A DNA stretch of 63,412 bases, the filler included, from Octopus bimaculoides (Eukaryota), in the NCBI RefSeq assembly GCF_001194135.2. It is 4 parts of 4 records of this genome, joined end to end, with 100 filler letters (N's around TTAATTAATTAA, not from the genome) between each part and the next. Parts side by side here need not be neighbours in the genome. Positions count along the whole stretch, not along the records: positions 14,700 to 38,229 come from NC_068996.1; positions 38,330 to 47,264 come from NC_068991.1; positions 47,365 to 63,412 come from NC_068984.1; 1 more part is not named here. One strand, given 5' to 3'. Numbering within the stretch: the stretch's first letter is position 1; every line of letters starts with the position of its first letter. The translations under genes were made by a program, and so were the position numbers. This document shows positions 37,820 through 49,169 of this stretch, piece by piece. The notes under the pieces are model-generated. The model saw only the letters and a list, made by a program, of their open reading frames with translations, was not told where the DNA came from and searched no databases.

Positions 37820-38059
37820 TATTTGAATGCAATGTATGCCAGAAGGTTTTGCAAATCTAACGGAGGCCTCAAAAGACATTTTAAGATCCACAAGGATCAG
37901 AACTTATCTGCAGCTCTTGGTGGTCCAAATAGGATATGCAATCTATATGGGTGTCTTTTCAAAACATTGTCCGGTTTAAAAAGCCACATCAGATGCCATG
38001 ATGGTTCTAAGGTGTAGGTACAGGAGGTGGTCAAACTCTACATAAGGAGTAGACAACCA

Positions 38060-38095
<36 letters not shown>
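37820..38095 (+). mobile_element. Second copy of the C2H2-encoding retroelement 3' end, inverted, with (TA)n tail
   Basis: FECNVCQ(frameshift)CKSNGGLKRHFKIH...CNLYGCLFKTLSGLKSHIRCH...KV*, with the same 3' UTR CAGGAGGTGGTCAAACTCT....AAGGAGTAGACAAC. Confidence 0.7.
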
Positions 38096-38096
<1 letters not shown>

Positions 38097-38229
38097 TCAG
38101 TAAATAGTGGGGTTGTGTTAACCGCACGTGGAGAAATAATAGGAAAATGAAAAAAAGCCAGAATGCTGAACTGGGAGCATAATTTAATAAAGATTTTTTC
38201 TAACCGGTTTTCATTGCGATGAAGCAAAT

Positions 38230-38329
38230 NNNNNNNNNNNNNNNNNNNNNNNNNNNNNNNNNNNNNNNNNNNNTTAATTAATTAANNNNNNNNNNNNNNN
38301 NNNNNNNNNNNNNNNNNNNNNNNNNNNNN
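38230..38329. other. Artificial scaffold join: N44-TTAATTAATTAA-N44
   Basis: Linker at 38274-38285; same geometry as 14600-14699. Confidence 0.9.
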
Positions 38330-38406
38330 TATATATATATATATATAAAATTGACGTTTCTGAGTGTAAAAAGGTTCTACATGTATGTGTGTAAGTGGTG
38401 TGTGTG

Positions 38407-38439
<33 letters not shown>

Positions 38440-38963
38440 CAGACATGTACATGCACACAGGCACATACACAAATATATATTTTCTGTAAAGTGAGCATAT
38501 TTAACCTATTTTAGACTATGTATGTGTGTATATATATGTATGTACATACAGAATTGTTTATGTATGTACATATGTATGTATATACATATGTTTATTTGTT
38601 TATAATGTGTATATATGTATAGATGTGTTTATATATGTGTATACAAATGTGTGTGTGTGTATTTATGCATACATATATATATACATATATATATATATAT
38701 GCAATGGTAGCAGTATTGAATTAAAATATCTATCTGTGTACCATACTTAATGTAAATACAGCACCAAAAGACAGATTTATTGTGGCATCTGTCCAGAGAT
38801 AACATCATTTCTGGAAATTTTGTATTTCAAGACACAGTATATATATATTGGCAAGAGATGAAATTTGCTCCAGGAGTAGGCAGTAAGAACACCAGATGTA
38901 TTTCAACTTTGTTGAGCTCTGTCAGTGGTGTGTACTTACAATCAGTTACAAGCGCTTATAAGT

Positions 38964-39034
<71 letters not shown>

Positions 39035-39318
39035 TATACATATATATATATATGCACACACACATTTATATATAAACATGTATATATATGCATATATATA
39101 ATCAAAATATGCAACACGGTATCAAGTAGCGGTGCAGTACGACCATTTCAAGCAGTTTCATTTAATTGAATAATGCAATCATTTTATCAATTTAAATGCG
39201 TGCCATCTTCAACTGCACAAATAAATAAGTAGAATTTTAACAAGTAGGACACATCAATATATACACTTTTTTGTCATGATTATCACCTAAGAATTCAAAG
39301 AATAGTATACAAATACAG

Positions 39319-39362
<44 letters not shown>

Positions 39363-39481
39363 TCACACACATATATGTATGCATACATACATGCAATATA
39401 TATGCACATATATTTAAAAAGTTAGAACTTACTGACCAGCTTCATCCCAATAGAGAATCTGTATGCATATGTGTATATATG

Positions 39482-39517
<36 letters not shown>

Positions 39518-40519
39518 CACCTTTATATATATGTATGTATGTATATATATATATATATGTATGTATGTATATATATATATGTATGTATGTATATATATAT
39601 ATATGTGTATATATATATATATATATATGGATGGATATTACACACGACCAATAAAATTCAACGCAGTTTTCTACCTACCAAATTTCAGTTACAAGACTTT
39701 GAACAACCTGGGATTGTTGTAGAAGGCATTTGGTTAAGACACTGCGCTCTAGGACTGAACATGAGAAACTAGTTACACACAGCCAGATTTTAAACTAATT
39801 TTTTCAAAATATTTTTTCAAAATATTTTTTCAAAACTACATTTTTTCTCTCGTTTTTTTTTTTTTACTGAATCTTGCTGCTATTAAAAATGGCCATGTAG
39901 AATGGAAAGAATTTAAGGGAAATGAAGTTAATCAAATACTAATTAATTAACTGCTGTGATTTTAATGTGAATTACATTAGATAACATGGACATCAATGAG
40001 AGAAATAGAAATACAAAATACAAATGCATCCTAGAGAGGTGGGGACAAGGATCACATTTAACAGGGCTTGGTTCCTCATTCAGTTTTAAATTGGTGCACA
40101 TCATAGTCATCATCATTGCTTTAATATCTACTTTTCCATGCTCACATGGGTCAGACAGAATTTGTTGAGGTTGATTTTCCACAACTGGATGCTCTTCCTG
40201 TTGCCAACCCATAGCTGTTTCCAAGCAAGTGTAATGATATTTCCTCAGGTCCAAACACGTTTTTACAGAAGTTTACTAAAGGAAGGGTGCTACTTGCATC
40301 ATAGTGACACTCATTTACAGCTATGATGTAATATTATGAGAAAAAGACAGTAACACAAGCTCACACACCACACAGACAAACACACACACACACACTCAAA
40401 CACACCACACACACACAAACACTCAAGTACTGAGGTCAATGTAACCAACTTCCCTGTTCCTCAAAATTGCTGGCATTCTAGCAAAATTAGCAAAAGTATT
40501 TATATAATTACTATCACCA

Positions 40520-40735
40520 TGAAGGCGGCAAGCTGACCGAATCATTAATATGCCAAGCAAAATACTTAGCGGTATTTCATCTGTCTTTATGTTCTGAGTT
40601 CACATTCCACCAAGGTGAACTTTGCCCTTCATCGTTTTGGAGTTGATAAAATAAGTTCTAGTTGAGTACTGGGATTGATGCAAAATTTTCCCAAAATTTC
40701 AGGCCTTGTGCCTATAGTAGAAAAGATTATTATTA
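40520..40735 (+). mobile_element. tRNA-derived SINE family B (CpG-depleted copy)
   Basis: GAAGGCGGCAAGCTGACCGAATCATTA...GAGTTCACATTCCACCAAGG...CCAAAATTTCAGGCCTTGTGCC. Confidence 0.7.
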
Positions 40736-41391
40736 TTATTATTATCATTCATTAGTTAGTATCAGAGATATTTAGATCTGAAATTATAAAATTTGATTAT
40801 TCTTTCATAAGACATTTTCACTTCATATTTCCATTTTACAAACACTCCTTTATCTCTCATATCCATGCTGCAATAACCACTCCTCATTGAAACAAGAAGG
40901 CTGTGTAGTACCTGTCACTGTTCCCTTTATTTTCCCTGTTATGTTTCATCCCTTCAAACTTTCACACCAAACACTTACCTTCCCAGAGCGATAACACTCT
41001 TGAACGTACTCCCCACCAATACTTTCCCAATGAGCCTCAACTTACAGAAGTTCAAGTTAAAAACATCAAATGAAATAAAAAATGAAAAGTGAATGTAACA
41101 GGTTTTATGTTTTATTTTTAATTTATAAAAATGCCTCATCTACTCTGCAATATGTTTGTTTTATGTCTGCTTTTACATACCGGCATGGGTCAGAAGGGGT
41201 TGTTTATGGCAGTGTTTTTTTTTTGTCAGGACCTCTTATTATCACCAATTCATTTAGTTGTCTATTACAACATGCAGTTTTGCAGTATACTTATTTAAAA
41301 TCTGGCATATTTCATATTAGAATTCGATACAGGTCTTTCATATTATGAGAGACATAAAGCAGCAAGAAGGTTTTTAAGATTTTTTTATTTT

Positions 41392-41770
41392 ATTCTTTTA
41401 CTTGTTTCAGTCGTTTGACTGCAGCCATGCTGGAGCACCACCTTGCTGGGGTTTTAGTCAAACAAATCGACCCCAGGACTTATTTGTTAAGCTTTGTACT
41501 TATTCTAAATAACTGCAATGGGGACATAAACACACCAACACCGGTTGTCACACGGTAATGGTGGGGATAAGCACAAACACAAAGACACACACACTTAGAT
41601 ATATGCATATATATATATATATGATGGGCTTCTTTCAGTTTCCGTCTACCAAATCCACTCATGAGGCTTTAGTTGGCCCGAGGCTGTAGTAGAAGATACT
41701 TGCCCACAGAACCATGCAGTGGGACTAAAGCCAGAACCAAATGGTTGAAAAGCAAGCCTCTTACCATATG
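41392..41770 (-). mobile_element. Composite SINE (A head and C tail)
   Basis: TTCTTTTACTTGTTTCAGTC...CACAAAGACACAC, (TA)n, GATGGGCTTCTTTCAGTTTCCGTCTACCAAATCCACTC...CTTACCA. Confidence 0.8.
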
Positions 41771-42127
41771 AATCAGCTACAGTTAAATCAGCTCCTTACA
41801 TTCTCTGAATTCAAATCCTGCCAAGGTTAACATAACATTTCATTCCATCAAGGCCAATAAAATAAAATATCTGTTTAGTACAGGGGTCAACAGTATTGAT
41901 TGATTAACCCCCCCACCCCACCCATTATCCTCTAAGTTAAATCAGCTCTTTGTCAACTGTTCCATGTGCATTTGAGGTCTTCCTGAAATGTCCAAAATTA
42001 GGATGGTCTTGGGTCAGTCCTTTTGTGATTTTCCTAGCATGGAAAGCGGACATTAAACGATGATGATGATGATGATGATGATAATTATGGTTTTCTCTAC
42101 TAGAATCAAGAAATATCTACTACATTA

Positions 42128-42512
42128 TGGGTTTTTTTCAAAGTAGCCACCGTCAGGTTCCACCTTGGCCACAAGACAGGTCCAGAATTTAGCACATGCA
42201 TTCCTCACTGAATCCCTGGGAAGATTTTCAAACACCTCCTGGATCTTGGCTACCAGCTCGGCCTTGGTGTTGCAAGCAGAGCAGTTGGTGTCTCTCAACT
42301 GTGCCCTACATATAGTAATCCATGGTATTACAATCAGGGAAACTGGGGAGGCAGAAATTGGCGCTAGTGAAGTCATAGAAGTTCTCTAACAACCACTTGT
42401 GACTCTTTCTGCAAGTATAGCAAAAAGCCAAATCCTGCTGCCACTCATATGGCCTTCCAACAGCAACCCTTTCCAACCAGAATTTGTCTACAGTCTCCAG
42501 TAGCTTTACATT
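42128..42512 (-). mobile_element. Tc1/mariner superfamily transposase C-terminal fragment, DD37D (maT-like)
   Basis: PYEWQQD...37 residues...PDCNTMDYY, then TNCSACNTKAELVAKIQEVFENLPRDSVRNAC...DGGYFE. Confidence 0.75.
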
Positions 42513-42916
42513 GCCACATGAATTGAGTCTAAAGCCCTGTTCAAAAGCGTGGGCTGATACGACATTACCCCCACTCTTTTCCAGTACTCAGGTGGCTTCC
42601 AATCCTGCATGTCAGCTAACTTTTTCTCAACTACAGCATAAATAAATCTTTATGCTCTCTAATGCTGTTGACTGTTCACCAATTCATCAAGGTGTTCCTG
42701 AAAAAAAAAACAGGAGACATAAGATATAAAATTTGGCTTGAATACCTTGTAAATTCAATTGTAGAAACTTGTGCTAAAGAAGACATTGGTGTACATCACA
42801 GACCTCCAGGTTGTCAAATTCTGCCAAAACTCTCCGACTCATGGAAGCTGGGTGGTGGTGGTGGTGGTGATGATGATGATGATGATGATGATGATGACGA
42901 TGACGATGACGATGAC

Positions 42917-42948
<32 letters not shown>

Positions 42949-43908
42949 CGATGATGATGATGACGATGATGACTATGATGACGACGACGACGACGACGAT
43001 GACGACGGGCAGTGGCAGCAGCCAATGTACAAGCTCTTTTGGGTATAAGTCTTCATGGTTAAAAAACTTTTAGAATNNNNNNNNNNNNNNNNNNNNNNNN
43101 NNNNNNNNNNNNNNNNNNNNNNNNNNNNNNNNNNNNNNNNNNNNNNNNNNNNNNNNNNNNNNNNNNNNNNNNNNNNNNNNNNNNNNNNNNNNNNNNNNNN
43201 NNNNNNNNNNNNNNNNNNNNNNNNNNNNNNNNNNNNNNNNNNNNNNNNNNNNNNNNNNNNNNNNNNNNNNNNNNNNNNNNNNNNNNNNNNNNNNNNNNNN
43301 NNNNNNNNNNNNNNNNNNNNNNNNNNNATGGTTAAAAAACTTTTAGAATGGATTGGCAGTTAAGAGTGATGATCGCCTCCTCTTCCTCCTCTCCTCCCAC
43401 TGCCACTCTCTAACTCCTTCCTATCTCACACTTGCAAAATTAGAAATAAGACTTTTCAGTTCAAATCCAGCCTAGAGATACATAAAATATATAGATAGAT
43501 AGATAAATAAATAGACAGCATTTCAAGAAAAAATTTTGAGATTAAATTGATTGAAATGTAATGTAGCAGACAAACATTTTGAAAAATGAGATTGATGAAA
43601 AAAAAAAAAAAGAAAAAAAAAAAGAAAAAATAAAGAATTATGTGTTGTCATGGCAATAACTCATGTCAGAAGCACAGACAACTCATCAAAAAGTGTACTT
43701 GTTAAGTTCCGGAAATGATTTTAGCTTGCTAAATTTTGGCGCCACTGCACCAATAGCCTGGTAATTTCAAATTGTTTTTAGTAACAATAATTCATTCTAG
43801 AAATTCAGATGTACGATTAATTAGGAAATATAATTCATATATGTATGAAGGTCATTTATTCTCATTCTTTCACATCACTGTATATTTTGAATTGCACTTA
43901 CATTCTTT

Positions 43909-43944
<36 letters not shown>

Positions 43945-44801
43945 NNNNNNNNNNTTTTTTTTTGGTTCAGTTCATTGAGAAATCAATATTCATTAGAGTA
44001 GCTCTTACTGCCGTTCTTCTTGCTGTGGTTGCTGGTTAGCTCCAATGAGCCAGGTTTATCTGCAGGGTCAGCCTCTATAAACCGGATATACAATCACAAA
44101 CGTACCAACCATGACCATCTCTTTTGTTTTGTTTTGTTTCTTTTTAGTCTGACTGTGTTTGGACTACATTCTTTTATTTTTTTTTTTTTCAGTCATTGGA
44201 CTGTGGCCATGCTGGAACACTGCTTTGTATCATTTAATCAATCCTATTGATTACAGTAGTTGTTAAATTGGGTTCTTATTTTATCATGCTCTATTTGTTG
44301 AACTGCTGCTTTACAGGACATAAACAAAAAGTGCCACATTTAAATGGTGCTGTGTAAAGACTGACAAGAAGACACATATATGTGTATATACATTCATACA
44401 TATATACATACATACATACATATANNNNNNNNNNNNNNNNNNNNNNNNNNNNNNNNNNNNNNNNNNNNNNNNNNNNNNNNNNNNNNNNNNNNNNNNNNNN
44501 NNNNNNNNNNNNNNNNNNNNNNNNNNNNNNNNNNNNNNNNNNNNNNNNNNNNNNNNNNNNNNNNNNNNNNNNNNNNNNNNNNNNNNNNNNNNNNNNNNNN
44601 NNNNNNNNNNNNNNNNNNNNNNNNNNNNNNNNNNNNNNNNNNNNNNNNNNNNNNNNNNNNNNNNNNNNNNNNNNNNNNNNNNNNNNNNNNNNNNNNNNNN
44701 NNNNNNNNNNNNNNNNNNNNNNNNNNNNNNNNNNNNNNNNNNNNNNNNNNNNNNNNNNNNNNNNNNNNNNNNNNNNNNTATATATATATGTATGTATATA
44801 C

Positions 44802-44864
<63 letters not shown>

Positions 44865-45389
44865 ACACATCCACACACACATGCAAACTCGCATTTGCAC
44901 ACACCGACATTCATACAAACATATATATGTATGCATATATATGTATGTATATATGTGTATGTGTGTGTTTATATATACGACTATATGTAAATATGTTTTC
45001 TATTTGTTAATGCTCACTTTTCAGTAATTGTATGGATCAACTGGAATTCATTGAGGCACATTTTCTATGCCTAGATGTATTTTTTGTCATCATTCCTCAC
45101 CTGTTTCCAAGAAAGGTAAATTTCCCTCATGTCCAGACATGTTTCCACAGAATATCAGTAAGAAAATAACACTGCTTGTAAGATAGTGACATTCGTCTGC
45201 AACTGTCACTTCTGTTACAGACCTTCCGACTTGATCTCCTGTCCAAAGTTAACTTCCTGCTGTCCTCCCACCAATCACAGAAACCCTGGAAAAGACCTTG
45301 GGAACATTCGAATCATTGAAGCCCAAATTCTTTATTTGATTGAACACATATTAGCATACTCATAAACAGAAGTGAGAAAGAAACAGAAG

Positions 45390-45968
45390 GCACAGCATGT
45401 TAGCAGGGTAAGCATGAAATCAAATAGCAATGGATTTAAACACAAAGCAGTTTTGACACAAAACAAAGAACAACCATTCCATCACATGCAAGCATGTACC
45501 ATGGCTTTTTTAATTTGTACCAGTGGAGCACAAGGAGCACCGTTCGAGCATGATCGTTGCCAGAGCAGCTGTCTGGCTTTTGTACCAGTGGCAGGTAAAT
45601 AGCACCATTTGAGCGTGATCGTTACCAGTGTCGCCTTCCTGGAACTTGTGCCAGTGGCACGTGAAAAGACATTCAAGTGAGATCGTTGCCAGTGCCGCTT
45701 GACTGGCTCCTGTGCAGGTGGCACATAAAATACACCATTTTGAGCGTGGCCATTGCCAGTACCGCCTGACTGGCCTTCGTGCCGGTGACACGTAAAAGCA
45801 ACTACTACACTCTCTGAGTGGTTGGTGTTAGGAAGGGCATCCAGCTGTAGAAACTCTGCCAAATCAGATTGGAGCCTGGTGTAGCCATCTGGTTCACCAG
45901 TCCTCATTCAAATCGTCCAACCCATGCTAGCATGGAAAGCGGACATTAAACGATGATGATGATGATGA
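45390..45968 (-). mobile_element. Family D repeat with internal tandem repeats of about 60 bp
   Basis: 45810-45968 is a near-consensus family D end; 45530-45800 holds 4-5 diverged GAGC.TGATCGTTGCCAGTG...GGCAC.TAAAA.CAC units. Confidence 0.8.
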
Positions 45969-46239
45969 TTTATTTTGTAATGAAGAAACATAGCTAAATC
46001 CAGCAAGGACATTTGTGCTAATCTAGCAATATTAGCTATTAATGACCACCTGGTCATCTAGTCTCTCTGTTTAACCCTTTTGGTATCATGTTCCTGTTTC
46101 AATACATCTCCTTTGTTTCAATTAAGTTTTGAAAATAACGAAGAATTTTAGTAAAATAAATTTGATTTTAGTTAAGCTGGCATTTGAAACAGAAAGTAAC
46201 ATGAAATTTTTCCTGATTTTATTTAATGGCCTGAAGACT

Positions 46240-46763
46240 GGTTTCTGAAATTCCTTTCTCTATTTTCTCTGTCACCACCAACTTATCTACAGTGGGTTGG
46301 TTTGATTATTCTGTAGTTTAAAACTTTGAACAAATGGTCCCTATACCGAAGAAAGATGAATTTTATTGGCATTAAACTGGTTTCTGAGAATCCTGTTATT
46401 TTCCCCTGTGACCTCCAACTAATCTGTTCTGGGTTGCATTGGTCATCCTGTAGTTTAAAACTGTGAGTGGTCCCTATACCGAAGAAAGATGGATTTTATT
46501 GGCACGCTGAATGGTTTCTAAAAATCCTGTTATTTTCCCCTGTGATCACCAACTCATCCATATTGGATTACATTGGTCATCCTGTAGTTTAAAACTTTGA
46601 ATTAGTGGTCCCTGCACCGAAGAAAAATGGATCCTATTGGCATACAGACTGGTTCCTAAAAATCCTATTATTTTCCCACTGATTAGCAACTAATCTATAC
46701 TGGGTTGTGGTTGGTTGTCCTGTAGTTTAAAACCTTGAACAAGTGGTCCCTGTACCGAAGAAT
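46240..46763. repeat. Local tandem array, 4 units of about 134-138 bp
   Basis: Units start TGGTT(T/C)CT at 46240, 46378, 46512 and 46650; each holds CTGTAGTTTAAAAC and TGGTCCCT.(T/C)ACCGAAGAA. Confidence 0.9.
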
Positions 46764-47264
46764 GTTGTTTTCTATCTACAAAATGAATTTTTCTCAGAAA
46801 AAAAAAAAAGAAAGAAACCAGCACATTTTCCCTCTTTTTTTCCAACCTGATGTGAATCAGACGATGCAACATAAATAAAACTTGTTATGTTTTCAGTTTT
46901 CTTTCCACTACTATTCAAAAATTAAAAAACAAAAAAAACTTTCACAATGATTTGAAGATTAATTTGTTCTTCATATTAGATTAATTAATTAATTTTACAA
47001 CATTTCATAATTTTGATGCACAGCTGGATTGATAGCGCATTTTATATACCACATAAAACTATTTTCTTTAGATGATTTCATAACGATTAATTAATTTCCG
47101 TGGTTGATATTAATTAACCATTTAATAAATATCTTACCCTAAAGAATAGATAACTCACCAATCCATCACAATTTTTTTTTTCTTTATTTCATTTTCCCAA
47201 CAGGTGGATCATGAATATCCATAACTGTAAATTAATCATATATATATATATATATATATATATA

Positions 47265-47364
47265 NNNNNNNNNNNNNNNNNNNNNNNNNNNNNNNNNNNN
47301 NNNNNNNNTTAATTAATTAANNNNNNNNNNNNNNNNNNNNNNNNNNNNNNNNNNNNNNNNNNNN
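47265..47364. other. Artificial scaffold join: N44-TTAATTAATTAA-N44
   Basis: Linker at 47309-47320; same geometry as the other two. Confidence 0.9.
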
Positions 47365-47542
47365 ATCAAATATTTTATAACCATACTGTGCATCATTGAG
47401 CAATTTTGAGAGCGGTATTAGGGCTAGACAGAAGAGGAGTGGTGATAGTGAGTCACCCTGGAAAATGCCACATGAAATTCTTACATCTCCAGCATTTAGA
47501 GATTCATTGTCATTGAAATTCTTACATCTCCAGCATTTAGAG

Positions 47543-47624
<82 letters not shown>

Positions 47625-48974
47625 TCGCTGCCTAATCACTACGCCATATGTCCGTGGGCAATTATGGAGTGAATTTTAGGGTTTATAAATCTAAAATTTT
47701 CCTATCCTTCTTTAATACCGGTTCCTATATTCTATTCATATTTGCACTCAGTCTGCTTAGGAGGTTGCTGTGTCCTAGCATATGTGCTGTTTCTTTTAGT
47801 TTTCATATTTCCCAGTGGTGTTCTCTGTCTATTATTAAATATAGAACTGAAGAACTTACAAGGATAAAAACATTAATGTCATTCCTGCAAAAGTAAAAAT
47901 TTCAGCATTTGGATACAGCATCTGTATCCAAACCAGAAAGTGGCTCAAAATCTCCAAAACTTACAGACATTTCAAATGATTGTGAAAGCAACAGACTTGG
48001 TGGCTTCAAGACCGCTGTTACAAGGCAACTTATCCAATGCGAGCTGCAATTATTCTCTAATTACTTTCTAAAGCTTGATTCCTTTACTCTCAGATGGGTA
48101 AAGATTGCCTTTAACTGTAATATTGTTGATGTAGCTGAAACTAAGGCAGATGTACTTTCGCACTTCAATCCAAAAGTAATGAACTCATTGTGCATCAAAA
48201 CGTGCAAAGCCGTTCAATACTGCACATATGGAAGTGTCGCTCGGAGGAAAAGGGCCTTCTACAGTTGTGAAGTAGAAAACGAAGCATAGCGATCAGTTAG
48301 TTATACGTTGGAGACTGTACCGGAGATGATCTATTACTTGAAAATTCTGTCATTGATGTTATATAAAAAAGGAAACAACATACTTTTGACAAACTGAAGG
48401 TTTTCAATGTTATGTATTAATTCTGTGTGTGCTATTCCAGCACATTTGAAACTTTAAAAATTTCTTTATTTTCATTGGTCTAATAAATATTCGTATTATA
48501 TATTTTTGTATACCACATAAAACAATTTTAAGAGCAATTGCACTAAATGTGCTTTAAACGGTATCAAAAATTGAAATAGCAATTTCTCTTAAAATTGTTT
48601 TATACGCTATATAAAAATACATATCACAAAATATATCTATTGCATCGACAAAAGGGATACGCGCAGATTTAACAATACCACACAAACAAACTCAGTAAAA
48701 TTGATTAAAGAACTCATTTAAGTTTGGAGGTAATTTCATTTCATCTGAATAGCCTGTGGGGGTAGCGTCTAAACAAAATGATCTTGGAATCTTCAAAGTG
48801 TCAATATTCTGCACACTGTAGTCTTTCTGTATGCTATGCTCTTCCATGTGCTGTGTACACTTTAGTATTCTGTACCTTTTACATATATATCGTGCATAAT
48901 TTTCTATACACGGAACGCTATTCTCTCTTTCTCTCTCTCTCTCCACTCACTTATCATGCATATAAGTATATATG

Positions 48975-49056
<82 letters not shown>

Positions 49057-49169
49057 TACTGTAAACTTTAGAGGTAATACTTGATAAGTGTAAGCACCTG
49101 TATATGCCGGAAAGTGGCAGAGGTGAAAGAATATATTAAACGTAAATTGAAAACAGAACACAAAGGATA

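Noticed and set aside
37130-38017. Host C2H2 zinc-finger gene
   Set aside because: No TGEKP linkers, no upstream exon signal, a frameshift in one copy, and a shared short 3' UTR with microsatellite tail point to retroelement ends.
47473-47545. 32-bp direct repeat TGAAATTCTTACATCTCCAGCATTTAGAGATT x2
   Set aside because: A simple local slippage duplication beside an (ATT)n tract and close to a contig end; no further structure.
48195-48287. Minus-strand MLRFLLHNCRRPFSS... resembling a mitochondrial targeting peptide
   Set aside because: It stops after 30 codons, has no good donor before the stop, and all three minus frames close by about 48060.
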